The notes beneath the pieces are model-generated. The model was given only the letters and a program-made list of their open reading frames with translations. It had not been told where the DNA came from and ran no database searches. Source: Eledone cirrhosa (lineage: Eukaryota). Taken from it: a DNA stretch of 64,000 nucleotides. Shown piece after piece: positions 12,050 to 25,335 of this stretch. The DNA is taken from assembly GCA_964016885.1 (NCBI GenBank), contig OZ024745.1, positions 10,416,001-10,480,000 on the forward strand, written 5' to 3'. Position 1 is the stretch's first letter. Each line of letters opens with the position of its first letter. The position numbers and the translations under genes are program-made.

Positions 12050-12420
12050 ACTCACCTAAATTTTATATAATACGAGGAGTGAAATTAAGTTTATCTAAAA
12101 AGATATTCATTCAAATAATTATTCCTATTTGTTTCCCACACAGTTAAAATATCCTTCGGTTCCATATTAGTCAACAATATTCAAACGTAGCGCCGACATA
12201 GTATTACTAAGGACTGTAATGATTATTGACCAATGAGAAAACAGAATGACAGACTGCAGTGCTCTCTAACGACAGTATAAACTAACTCAGGTAAGGTAGA
12301 TAACTCTGGAATATGGGAGGGGAAGATTTTCAAAAATATTTTTAGTTTCCGGTAAAAAAATAAAAACAAACCGAGAGAGAAAGAAAGCACAGGTTGAGGT
12401 TTTATTTATAAACAACGTTT
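12050..12420. promoter_or_regulatory. Putative (possibly bidirectional) Pol II promoter / first-exon region
   Basis: Unique sequence with several CpGs, CCAAT (about 12230) and ETS-like TTCCGG (about 12347). Minus-strand donor AG|GTGAGT at 12056/12055 and plus-strand donor CAG|GTAAGG at 12290/12291. Confidence 0.35.
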
Positions 12421-12564
12421 GCTAATATGGTCTTCTAGAAGTGAATAAAAAAATAAGGAAATATATAATTTCGGTTTTCCTTCCCTGCTTCTGTTCCTAT
12501 ATCTTATAAAACACTACTTTATATTGAGGAGGACAACATTGTGACGTTCATTCATTTCTTATTA

Positions 12565-12750
12565 TACGAGGGTAGGCTGACTATGAAGGAGTGATGCTAG
12601 AGCTACGAAACGTTGCATGCATTAATTTCAACTCTTCTTATTAATAACTGCACTGTTTCTTTCCAGGCACTTTGTTGAAAAATAAACCTCATTTGGTCAT
12701 TCCATGAGAGTATCTTGGTCAGCCTATGAACTTTTCAGCTGACCCGCGTA
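12565..12750. mobile_element. Mariner/Tc1-type MITE
   Basis: TA-CGAGGGTAGGCTGA ... TCAGCTGACCCGCG-TA inverted ends with TA duplication. The left arm lacks the AAAGTTCATAGGCTGA segment seen in the right arm. A second right-end remnant lies at about 12931-12958. Confidence 0.75.
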
Positions 12751-13677
12751 ACTATTTTTATTTCTCTCGCTCTGGTATATATTTTGGTGTTATTTTTGTG
12801 AGGTTCCTAGCAATAGTTAATTATATTTGCTATATGTGTTTATCAACGACATTATATTTGTAATGTTATTTATACAACTGTGAATAAAAAAATTTGCATA
12901 ATTTAAATGAGAAGCTGTCTTCTAATTTTTTATGAACTTTTCAGTCGACCATCACATAATACCACTAATCCATGTCCAACATATGCCATTAATTCTGAAT
13001 TCTCAAGTACGGATATTTTTTTCTTTTAATTACACACATGTCTATGTATATTTATTACTAGGAATATTGTAGCGATAACATTTATGGAAAGTAGACACGA
13101 CACTAAAATATTTGTGATGCTTAATCTGTTCTAGTAGAAAGTGTAAATATAAAATATATGTGGCTTCTACTGTCAGTTTCTGATACAGTACACTCAGAAT
13201 CTGAGATGGTCTGCCGCAACAAACACCCATTTCACAGACCATGTCCCAATCAATTTTTTTCTCTAGTCCCTGTTTGTGTTTGCCATAATTCCCTTTATTG
13301 ATTAACTAATTATGATGCAATCTGCACCTGATAATGTTGCCAGGATCTTATGTAACTCGGCCATTGAAATATATATCGTGTGTTTTTGCAACAATAAAAC
13401 GTTAAAAGGATATCACCAGTCCAGCCTCCTGTTATTTTTATCAAATTAATATTTACCTCCATCCCTGCACCAGCCACAGGATTCAACATCCACCATGGAT
13501 AAGTTGCATAAGGTAGAGTGCTTTTCCTACAATTACGTCATTGTTAACTAAATAGAATGACCAGTTCTATCCAGTGGTAAACCACAAAACATAAATGTAT
13601 ATATACATGTATATCAAATAGGAGTAGATAAGACAGTTATTTCACCATAATCTTCTGCAATATATATTATATATATA

Positions 13678-15013
13678 CAAGCCATGTATAGGGGAGCAGT
13701 CAGCAAAGTTAGGATTAGCAATGAGTATAGTGAGGAATTTAGCGTACAGGTTGGTGTCCACCAGGGCTCTGTTCTTTGCCCTCTCCTGTTCATCATAGTC
13801 CTGCAGGCAATAACGGAGGAGTTTAAGACCGGATGCCCATGGGAACTCCTGTATGCAGATGACCTCGCACTTATAGCTGAATCTATGGTAGAACTAGAGA
13901 AGAAATTCCAAACTTGGAAGCAGGGACTAGAAAGAAAGGGTCTCAAAGTCAACATGACAAAGACTAAGGTCCCTATAAGTAGACGAGAAAACAGAACCCA
14001 GATCCCCTCAGGGAAATGGCCTTGCTCAGTATGTAGGAAAAGTGTAGGTAGGAACTCCATTCTCTGCCCCAAATGCAAACAATGGGTACACAAGAGATGT
14101 AGCGGGATCTCAGGAAGCTTAATTAAGAATGTAGGCTTCACATGCAGCAGCTGTGCTGGGACAACAAGCAGCAAACAGCCACAGGAAACAAGTACCACCA
14201 ATCTCTGGGAGGGCTCTATAGAAACAGTAGACAGCTTCTGCTACCTAGGTGACCGAATTAGCAGCGGAGGTGGGTGTTCAGAAAGTATAATAACTAGAGT
14301 AAGAACGGGATGGAAGGCAGACTGTATGATGGGTGTATACGAACAGCAATGTTACATGGTAGTGAGACCTGGGCGCTGAAGGTGGAAGACTTACGTAGAT
14401 TAGAAAGAAACGAAGCCTGCATGCTACGATGGATGTGTAATAGTAATATATGCAAACGGCATAGCATAAATGAATTGAGAGAGAGACTGAGCATAAGAGG
14501 AATCAAATGCTGTGTGCAGGAGAGGCGGTTGCGTTGGTATGGACATGCGATGCGTATGAAGGATGACAGCTGCATAAAAAGGTGCAGAACACTAGAAGTC
14601 AATGGAAACCGTGGAGTGGGGAGCTCCAAGAAGACCTGGGATGAGGTGATAAAAGCCACCTTACCCAGTTGCATCTCTCAAGAGCAATGACACACGACCG
14701 TGACCTCTGGCGACACGCAGTAATACAGAGTACCCGACCTCCCATGGGTACAAGCTGAAGCATATAGACAATATGCCCCCACACCCTCCCACTGTAAAGT
14801 AGTCGTGGAGGTGCCACAGCAAAAAAGCACCCATCACTCACTGTAAATGAGGTTGGTGTTAGGAAGGGCATCCGGCTGTAGAAATCAAGCCAAAATCAGT
14901 TCCTGTATGAGCAAGGCATGGTCAGCCGACCAGACACTGCCCACAACAGGACAACCCGTCTAACCCATGCTAGCATGGAAGATTGGACGTAAAACAGTGA
15001 TGATGATGATGAT
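13678..15013 (+). mobile_element. RTE-clade LINE, family A, copy 2; 5'-truncated, frameshifted
   Basis: Near-identical to 1784-3219. A 52-bp deletion at about 14316 (AAG microhomology) shifts the frame between ORFs 13684-14379 and 14310-14690. It has a (TGA)n tail and a TA-rich 5' junction. Confidence 0.95.
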
Positions 15014-15051
15014 ACATACACACAACACACACATATTATATATATATATAT

Positions 15052-15398
15052 GGAGGCACATGGCTTAGTGGTTAGAGCATTGGCCTTACAATCGAAAGTT
15101 TGTGAGTTCAATTCTCAGACCGGGTGATGTGTTGTTTCCTTGAGCAAGACACTTTATTTCACATTGCTCCAGTTTACTCAGATGTAGAAATGAGCTGATA
15201 GGGACTGGGGTCCATATCATTCCACTGCAAAGTGGACCTGGAGGTACCACGGCAAAAAAAAGCACCCAGCACTCACTGTAAATGAGGTTGGTGTTAGGAA
15301 GGGCATCCAGCTGTAGAAATCAAGCCAGAATCAGTTCCCGTCCCACCCTTGCATGCAGGGAAAAGCGGACGTAAAATGAAATGATGATGAATGATGAT
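15052..15398 (+). mobile_element. tRNA-derived CORE-like SINE family A with RTE-derived body and tail
   Basis: A-box TGGCTTAGTGG; B-box GAGTTCAATTC; CORE-like CCTTGAGCAAGACACTT..CAGTTTACTCAGATGTAGAAATGAG; RTE-like module; (TGA)n tail. Confidence 0.88.
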
Positions 15399-16063
15399 AA
15401 AACTAACTCCAACATATGACTGGTCTCTGAGAAAAACACCAATACTTAAGTCATTGGTCACCAGCAATCAAACAAAATAGAACCAGCTACAGTTTAACGA
15501 AGTTTAAGTGGATCGCCTTATTCACATATTCACAAATCACTTAGGGTTGTATTATGTAATGTGTACCCATCCTTATAAAAGATGTAGGGTGTGATTTGAG
15601 AAAGATTTGAACTGCAATTTCTGTTTATTTGGTTGACCACATAGAAGTTCCCTGTGTGAATCTATTTAATGTAATCCTACCCAAATCTTTAACTCTGCAA
15701 TATCTCAATGTAAGAGGATACATTTTGGATTACAGGAATTATACAGCTCCTGCTTCTTAAAGCTATAAGTTGAAACACTTGTGGTACATATTTACAGCTC
15801 CATTGACTGGGACATTTGAGAATTAAAAGGCATAGCAATGAAAACAGTACAATGGCTGTGGAAAAGTACAAATCACAATAGACTAACCTTCTATAAATTC
15901 AGCTTGCTTTAACTTTCATAGCCTACATAGTTAATAGAGGCGAAAAGAAACATGTTAACCACTGTGTCAAGTGTTATTATCCTTGGTTTAGAAATATCTA
16001 TGTTGGCTGTCAGGTCACTACTGAGCACTGCTGGTAACATATAACCCAGTACAACCTGTTGCA

Positions 16064-17690
16064 TGGTCAGGTCACCAGTAACCCTCCCACCACTCCAGGG
16101 TCAGGTCACCAGTAAACCTCCCTCCACCACCACACCAGGGTCAGGTCACCAGTAAACCCCCCTCCACCACCACACCAGGGTCAGGTCACCAGTAACCCCC
16201 ACCACACCAAGGTCAGGTCACCAATAACCCCCACCACACCAGGGTCAGGTCACCAATAACCCCCACCACACCAGGGTCAGGTCACCAGTAACCCCCACCA
16301 CACCAGGGTCAGGTCACCAATAACCCCCACCACACCAGGGTCAGGTCACCAGTAACCCCCACCACACCAGGGTCAGGTCACCAATAACCCCCACCACACC
16401 AGGGTCAGGTCACCAATAACCCCCACCACACAAGGGTTAGGTCACCAATAACCCCCACCACACCAGGGTCAAGTCACCAGTAACCCCCACCACACCAGGG
16501 TCAAGTCACCAATAACCCCCACCACACCAGGGTCAAGTCACCAGTAACCCCCACCACACCAGGGTCAGGTCACCAGTAACCCCCACCACACCAAGGTCAA
16601 GTCACCAGTAACCCCCACCACACCAGGGTCAAGTCACCAGTAACCCCCACCACACCAGGGTTAGGTCACCAATAACCCCCACCACACCAGGGTCAAGTAA
16701 CCAGTAACCCCCACCACACCAGGGTCAAGTCACCAGTAACCCCCACTACACCAGTGTCAGGTCACCAGTAACCCCCACCACACTAGGGTCAGGACACCAA
16801 TAACCCCCACCACACCAGTAACCCCCACCACACCAGGGTCAGGTCACCAGTGACCCCCACCACACCAGGGTCAAGTCACCAGTAACCCCCACCACACCAG
16901 GGTCAGGTCACCAATAACCCCCACCACACCAGGGTCAGGTCACCAATAACCCCCACCACACCAGGGTCAGGTTACCAGTAACCCCCACCACACCAAGGTC
17001 AGGTCACCAATAACCCCCACCACACCAGTAACCCCCACCACACCAGAGTCAGGTCACCAATAACCCCCACCACACCAGGGTTAGGTCACCAATAACCCCC
17101 ACCACACCAGGGTCAGGTCACCAGTAACCCCCACCACACCAGGGTCAGGTCACCAGTAACCCCCACCACACCAAGGTCAGGTCAACAATAACCCCCACCA
17201 CACCAGTAACCCCCACCACACCAAGGTCAGGTCACCAATAACCCCCACCACACCAGGGTCAAGTCACCAGTAACCCCCACCACACCAGGGTCAAGTCACC
17301 AGTAACCCCCACCACACCAGTAACCCCCACCACACCAGGGTCAGGTCACCAATAACCCCCACCACACCAGGGTCAGGTCACCAGTAACCCCCACCACACC
17401 AGGGTCAGGTCACCAATAACCCCCACCACACCAGGGTCAAGTCACCAGTAACCCCCACCACACCAGGGTTAGGTCACCAATAACCCCCACCACACCAGGG
17501 TCAAGTCACCAGTAACCCCCACCACACCAGGGTCAAGTCACCAGTAACCCCCACCACACCAGTAACCCCCACCACACCAGGGTCAGGTCACCAATAACCC
17601 CCACCACACCAGGGTCAAGTCACCAGTAACCCCCACCACACCAGGGTCAGGTCACCAATAACCCCACCACACCAGGGTCAGGTCACCAGT
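16064..17690. repeat. 32-bp minisatellite ACCACACCAGGGTCARGTCACCARTAACCCCC, left arm
   Basis: Direct tandem repeats with occasional 18-bp short units. Confidence 0.97.
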
Positions 17691-20675
17691 GTAAAGTCCC
17701 TTTCTTGGAAGAATTAGCAACAGAAAACAACTCCAAAATAATTGGAATTACTGAAAGTCATCTCAACGAAAACATCCGCAACAGCGAAATCTCAATCAAT
17801 GGATTCAACATCTTCAGATGTGATAGACAAGGCAGATCCCATGGGGGCGTTATCATGTATATCCATGATACCTATGCATGCATAGAACTTGTCAATGAAT
17901 CAAATGCCTACTGCAACCTGCTGTGCATAAAAATCATCCAACTTAATACAGTTGTAACAATAATGTACAGACCGCCAAACAGCCCAACATTATCCTTCAC
18001 TGAGCCACTGACAAAGCTCCAACAAATTCTGGGAAACATGGCAAGTCCAATGCCAGACATTATCCTCCTTGGTGACTTCAACTTCCCTAACATCATCTGG
18101 CCACATGGACACATACTAAAACTGGGGACAAAAGCTGAACAAATACAGGCAGCCAAACTGTTGGAAGTCACAGAGAAATTATACCTCAAACAAATGATGA
18201 CAGAAGCAACTAGAAATAATAATACGATCGACTTGGCTTTCACCAACAATGAGGACACGCTATTTGACCTTCACTCAACCACAACAATCCTTTCAGACCA
18301 CAATATTATTGAAATGCATTTACACATTGGTAACGAGCCCAATGCCACAACTCTTAAACAAAAGGACATGCCAAAGCTATGCAGGTATGATTATCACCAG
18401 GCAAATTGGGAAACTATTAACAACCAGTTACAAATCATTGACTGGGATCTCTACCTTACTGGGCCAGATAAACACAAGAAATTCTTAAACAAGATCGAAG
18501 AAATATGTGCAAAAAATATTCCTCTTAAGAAAACCAAATCCACAAAAAAACCTGTACCACGGGAGCGAAAGATCCTGATGCGCAAAAGGTCAAGACTAAG
18601 AAACAAAACATCTAAGCTGACATCAAAACATGAACTACAGAAAATCCTTGACCAAATATACAGATTAGAAGACAATCTAAAACAACACTATGATGAAGAA
18701 CGTAACAATGCAGAAAAGAGAGCCATTGAAAACATCAAGAAAAATCCAAAATGTTTCTACAGTTTTGCAAAGAAATACTCGAAAACCAAGTCAACAATAG
18801 GACCTCTCCAGAAACAAAATGGGGATGTAGTGAATAACCCTATTGAAATGGCAGAAATGTTGGGTCAACAGTATGAAAGTGTCTTCAGTGAGCCATCTAA
18901 AACCATGAAGATCCATGACCCAGGAGAATTCTTCAAGGATATCGACCATACTAAACCTACCCTATCCGACATTGATTTCAACTCAGAAGACATAGAAAGA
19001 GCCATAGACAAGCTCTCCATGCACTCGGCTGCGGGGCCTGATGGTTTCAATGCCATGATACTTAAAAACTGCAAGGTACAATTGTTGAAACCCCTTTACA
19101 TGATATGGAAGGAATCTATGGAGAATGGCAAAATACCAAATACATATAAAGAAGCACACATAACTCCAATACATAAAGGGGACAGCAAATCAAAACCAAA
19201 GAACTACCGACCAATCTCACTGACATCACACATTATCAAGGTCTTCGAAAGAATAGTTCGTGGAAAACTGGTTGAGTTCCTGGAATCCAACAATCTGATG
19301 AATTGCAATCAGCATGGATTCAGGTTAGGTAGATCATGTCTTTCCCAACTACTGGCACACCATGACCAAATCCTAGAAAATCTAGAGAATGGATACAACA
19401 CAGATGTTATTTACCTCGACTTTGCCAAGGCATTTGACAAGGTAGATCATGGCATCCTGGGATACAAACTTCGAAAGCTAGGAGTAGGAGTAAAAGTTGG
19501 TACATGGATACATGAGTTCCTTACAAATAGAACTCAAACAGTCACTGTGAATGGAACCCATTCAACACCATCACCTGTGACCAGCAGTGTTCCTCAGGGT
19601 ACAGTACTCGGCCCGATCCTGTTTCTCATCCTCATCTCTGACATAGATGAAGATAGAACCAGCAACGTCTCATCCTTTGCTGATGACACCAGGGTCATGA
19701 GATAAATCAAAGACGAGGTGGATACAGAGGCCTTACAAAAGGACCTAACCACCATATACAAATGGCAGGAAACAAACAACATGTTGTTCGATGATAAGAA
19801 GTTTGAACTAATTCGCTACGGAACAGATCAAGATCTGAAAAATACAACAAACTACAGAAACCCATCAGGACAACAAATAATGGAAAAACAGTGTGTGAAA
19901 GATTTAGGCATCCACATGGGAACCAGCCTAAAATTCAGAGAAGACCTTGACTCAGTCTGTCTTACTGCAAGAAAGTACAGCGGGTGGATCTTGCGCACCT
20001 TCAAATCAAGAGATACCTCAACATGAAAACTCTCTGGAACAGTATGGTACTTCCGAGGATTGACTACTGTTCTCAGTTGTGGTCACCAACAACAAAGGGC
20101 CAACTATCTAAGATGGAATCGCTCCAAAGAAATTTTACCTCATACTTCTCAGAAACGAGGGACCTGGACTATTGGCAAAGACTCAAAACCTTGAAGATGT
20201 ACTCAATAGAAAGAAGATTTGAGCGATACCGAATTATATACATTTGGAAAATGATAGAGCAAAAGGTGTCAAACTTTGGTATCAAACCCTACCACTCACT
20301 GCGCCACGGAAGACGCTGCCAGCTACCACCAATCAACAAAAGGGCTGGCCAGGCAGCAAAAACCCTGCGAGAGTCAAGTCTGTTGGTTTGAGGGGCACAA
20401 CTATTCAACTCCATTCCGGTACATGTCAGAAATCTATCAGGATGCAGTGAGGAACCATTCAAATTGCAGCTAGATAGATACTTAAGCACCATTAGAGATG
20501 AACCCCATCTCCCAGGATATACACAACGAGCACAAACTGACTCAAACTCGCTCCTACACATGTCAAAATTAAACAGAGAATCCAACCTGGCAACCACACC
20601 AGACTCTGAGGGTGGAGTCTTCGACTTGGCCTGAGCATGGACTCAAACTCAAATGAAATGAAATGAAATGAAATG
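17691..20675 (+). mobile_element. CR1-group LINE (CR1/Crack/Daphne-like), near-complete ORF2, inserted in the 32-bp array
   Basis: APE+RT ORF with an (AAATG)5 tail. It splits a unit exactly between ..GGTCACCAGT and AACCCCC.. with no evident TSD. Confidence 0.92.
17705..20391 (+). pseudogene. Disrupted LINE ORF2 (APE endonuclease + reverse transcriptase)
   Basis: Motifs IIGITESHL, YRPP, LGDFNFP, SDHNII, YRPISLTS, QHGFR, DFAKAFDKVDH, VPQGTVLGP, FADD. In-frame TAA at 19703-19705, a frameshift near 20020 and a further stop at 20391. Confidence 0.9.
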
Positions 20676-22710
20676 AACCCCCACCACACCAGGGTCAGGT
20701 CACCAGTAACCCACACCACACCAGGGTCAGGTCACCAGTAACCCCCACCACACCAAGGTCAGGTCACCAGTAACCCCCACCACACCAGGGTTAGGTCACC
20801 AATAACCCCCACCACACCAGGGTTAGGTCACCAATAACCCCCACCACACCAGGGTTAGGTCACCAATAACCCCCACCACACCAGGGTCAAGTCACCAGTA
20901 ACCCCCACCACACCAGGGTCAGGTCACCAGTAACCCCCACCACACCAGGGTCAAGTCACCAGTAACCCCCACCACACCAGGGTTAGGTCACCAATAACCC
21001 CCACCACACCAGGGTCAAGTCACCAGTAACCCCCACCACACCAGGGTTAGGTCACCAATAACCCCCACCACACCAGGGTCAAGTCACCAGTAACCCCCAC
21101 CACACCAGTAACCCCCACCACACCAGGGTCAGGTCACCAATAACCCCCACCACACCAGGGTCAAGTCACTAGTAACCCCCACCACACCAGGGTTAGGTCA
21201 CCAGTAACCCCCACCACACCAGGGTTAGGTCACCAGTAACCCCCACCACACCAGGGTCAGGTCACCAATAACCCCCACCACACCAGGGTCAAGTCACCAG
21301 TAACCCCCACCACACCAGGGTTAGGTCACCAGTAACCCCCACCACACTAGGGTCAAGTCACCAGTAACCCCCACCACACCAGGGTCAGGTCACCAGTAAC
21401 ACCCACCACACCAGGGTCAGGTCACCAATAACCCCCACCACACCAGGGTCAAGTCACCAGTAACTCCCACCACACCAGGGTCAAGTCACCAGTAACCCCC
21501 ACCACACCAGGGTCAGGTCACCAATAACCCCCACCACACCAGGGTCAGGTCACCAGTAACTCCCACCACACCAGGGTCAAGTCACCAGTAACCCCCACCA
21601 CACCAGGGTCAGGTCACCAATAACCCCCACCACACCAGGGTCAGGTCACCAATAACCCCCACCACACCAGGGTCAAGTCACCAATAACCCCCACCACACC
21701 AGGGTCAGGTCACCAGTAACCCCCACCACACCAGGGTCAGGTCACCAGTAACCCCCACCACACCAGGGTCAGGTCACCAGTAACCCCCACCACACCAGGG
21801 TCAAGTCACCAATAACCCCCACCACACCAGGGTCAGGTCACCAATAACCCCCACCACACCAGGGTCAAGTCACCAATAACCCCCACCACACCAGGGTCAG
21901 GTCACCAGTAACCCCCACCACACCAGGGTCAGGTCACCAGTAACCCCCACCACACCAGGGTCAGGTCACCAGTAACCCCCACCACACCAGGGTCAAGTCA
22001 CCAATAACCCCCACCACACCAGGGTCAGGTCACCAATAACCCCCACCACACCAGGGTCAAGTCACCAGTAACCCCCACCACACCAGTAACCCCCACCACA
22101 CCAGGGTCAGGTCACCAGTAACCCCCACCACACCAGGGTCAGGTCACCAGTAACCCCCACCACACTAGGGTCAAGTCACCAGTAACCCCCACCACACCAG
22201 GGTCAGGTCACCAATAAACCCCACCACACCAGGGTCAAGTCACCAGTAACCCCCACCACACCAGGGTCAGGTCACCAATAACCCCCACCACACCAGGGTT
22301 AGGTCACCAATAACCCCCACCACACCAGGGTCAAGTCACCAGTAACCCCCACCACACCAGTAATCCCCACCACACCAGGGTCAGGTCACCAATAACCCCC
22401 ACCACACTAGGGTCAAGTCACCAGTAACCCCCACCACACCAGGGTCAGGTCACCAATAAACCCCACCACACCAGGGTCAAGTCACCAGTAACCCCCACCA
22501 CACCAGGGTTAGGTCACCAATAACCCCCACCACACCAGGGTCAAGTCACCAGTAACCCCCACCACACCAGTAATCCCCACCACACCAGGGTCAGGTCACC
22601 AGTAACCCCCACCACACTAGGGTCAAGTCACCAGTAACCCCCACCACACCAGGGTCAGGTCACCAATAAACCCCACCACACCAGGGTCAAGTCACCAGTA
22701 ACCCCCACCA
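20676..22710. repeat. 32-bp minisatellite, right arm
   Basis: Same unit as 16064-17690, resuming in phase after the LINE. Confidence 0.97.
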
Positions 22711-23990
22711 AGCCAGCTTGGGGAGGAGTGTGATTATTTTGACACAAACAAAAGTGATTAAAAGGTGGAGGATCTCATCCCATATTGTGTATATATGCCT
22801 GAATATATATGATTAAGCTCCTTGTTGTGGTGGAGACACTTGAGTGCTCTTTTAATGTGGAGGACCATACTGGCTGGAGTCTAACTCCTGCTAAGTCCAA
22901 CTATAACAGGTAGGAACCAGATTAAACCTTAATTGCCAGCAGAGTAAAACTCAATGACAAAAAACAATTAAAAAAAATACACACCACAAGGTGGCAATGT
23001 GGTGGATGTGTGACATTAGTGGAGGAACTAGAATTGAGTCAACAGTGATCCCACCATGGGGTGACAAGTAACACCAGATGCATGTACCAATGTGCAGTCA
23101 ATAGCACCAGATGTACCAACGTGCAGTTGAAATATAGATTCCTGGTTTCACTCCAATCTTTTACTATGTACACACCTATGAACATAACACCTGAAGACAA
23201 AGATAAAATATTTTTCATATCTAACGATAAGAAGTTAACAAAGTTAAAATCTTATTAATAATAACTTGACTAAGATGTTCAAGAAATTAGTGTTAATTAG
23301 ACAAGCTGCATGTTTAAATTACATTTCCACCTTAATGATAACAGAAAATATTTGTCTTTTATTTGTTATAATGGCAAACTATTTTGTCTATGATGTTGGG
23401 AAGTTGGGACAATTAATATTTCATTAATTATTATCAAATTTGATTATAGCTTTAATCATATTTAATTATAGTTAATAGCCAAAAACACGAGAGAGCAAAT
23501 AAATTAAGAAAGTTGCTAGATGTAAACATCTGGTTTCACTGTAAATTCATTTTTGTGGATTAAAGAGAAAAGATAAGTTTCTTTATTTCATTGGTTTGGT
23601 TTGAAAGGGGCAGATGTGGCTATAATCTTTGCAGGACCACCAAGAGCAGTCAGATCAACATGGAAATGTTTACTGTAGAATAATTACAAGTCAAAAACTT
23701 TGAGGGGAAAAAACATGCAGAACAATGGCATTCTTGAAAGGAATGACTGAGCCTAGTGGTTAGTGATCAAAAGCAGTAGCCATATTGGATTGAGGCAACT
23801 GGAGGTTTAGACAACTAACAAGTTGATGGTTTATAAACTGTCACTAACACACTTGTGTCTACAACCAAGAAACAATTCAAATCCACCTAACAGTGATTAG
23901 GTTCTACAAAAGTCTGTAGTTTTCTGCATTGTAAAATAAATGAGTAATACTTCTCTCTCATCTATTTAATATGATCAGGTCAGGCTTCGG

Positions 23991-24835
23991 CCTGCTACTG
24001 CTCCCCTGTAACCCAGTACAACCTGAGTTGTCAGCAACTAAACTAGCTCCCCCCCCCCCCAGCAACACCTGCTACTGCTCTCTTGTAACCCAGTACAACC
24101 TGAGTTGTCAGCAACTAAACTAGCTCCCCCCCCCCCCAGCAACACCTGCTACTGCTCCCTTGTAACCCAGTACAACCTGAGTTGTCAGCAACTAAACTAG
24201 CTCCCCCCCCCCCCAGCAACACCTGCTACTGCTCCCTTGTAACCCAGTACAACCTGAGTTGTCAGCAACTAAACTAGCTCCCCCCCCCCCAGCAACACCT
24301 GCTACTGCTCCCTTGTAACCCAGTACAACCTGAGTTGTCAGCAACTAAACTAGCTCCCCCCCCCCAGCAACACCTGCTACTGCTCTCTTGTAACCCAGTA
24401 CAACCTGAGTTGTCAGCAACTAAACTAGCTCCCCCCCCCCCAGCAACACCTGCTACTGCTCCCTTGTAACCCAGTACAACCTGAGTTGTCAGCAACTAAA
24501 CTAGCCCCCCCCCCCCCAGCAACACCTGCTACTGCTCCCTTGTAACCCAGTACAACCTGAGTTGTCAGCAACTAAACTAGCTCCCCCCAGCAACACCTGC
24601 TACTGCTCCCTTGTAACCCAGTACAACCTGAGTTGTCAGCAACTAAACTAGCTCCCCCCCCCCCCCCCAGCAACACCTGCTACTGCTCCCTTGTAACCCA
24701 GTACAACCTGAGTTGTCAGCAACTAAACTAGCTCCCCCCCCCCCCCAGCAACACCTGCTACTGCTCCCTTGTAACCCAGTACAACCTGAGTTGTCAGCAA
24801 CTAAACTAGCTCCCCCCCCCCCCCAGCAACACCTG
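23991..24835. repeat. About 75-bp minisatellite with variable poly-C tract, about 11 units
   Basis: CCTGCTACTGCTCCCTTGTAACCCAGTACAACCTGAGTTGTCAGCAACTAAACTAGCT(C)nAGCAACA repeated. Confidence 0.95.
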
Positions 24836-25335
24836 GTCTGATCAGGAGGGGAAGTGGAACCCCAGCAGGACGTTAAAAGGGTAGATGATCTCCTCAGAGT
24901 TAATGGCCATCCACCTGACTATGCAATGGATCTTGGAGGAAGAGATAAAGGACAAAATCCAGATCAAAGAAAGTTGTGACCAGCATTCTAAGAATTAACT
25001 TAAGTTCTAATTAGAATCTTCTGATTCGACATAATCCTCCCAAGGGCAAATTTGTTATTCATCCTTTTAGGGTCAATAAAATAAAGTATAAGCCATGTAC
25101 TGGGGTTAAAATAACAAACTCTCCCCTTCCCCAAAATTTGCTGGCTTTGTGCCTAAATTAAAAATCAATTCCTCCAATAATATATAAGGGACCGAGTCAA
25201 CCTCACCTCCATGCAGTGGTCCCTGGGAAAGTATTTATTATACTGCTTTGCTAATGAGGCTCTGTGTATGATAAAAATATGCTAATGAATGATAATAGTA
25301 TACATACATACTTGTATACATGGTATACATACAGC

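Noticed and set aside
15052-15125. tRNA gene candidates (also 28520, 39433, 44907, 58710-58783)
   Set aside because: These are A/B-box heads of SINEs that continue into core and tail sequence, with no intact cloverleaf.
16064-22710. CRISPR-like appearance of the 32-bp and other regular repeats
   Set aside because: Units are contiguous with no unique spacers, there are no cas genes, and the context is eukaryotic.
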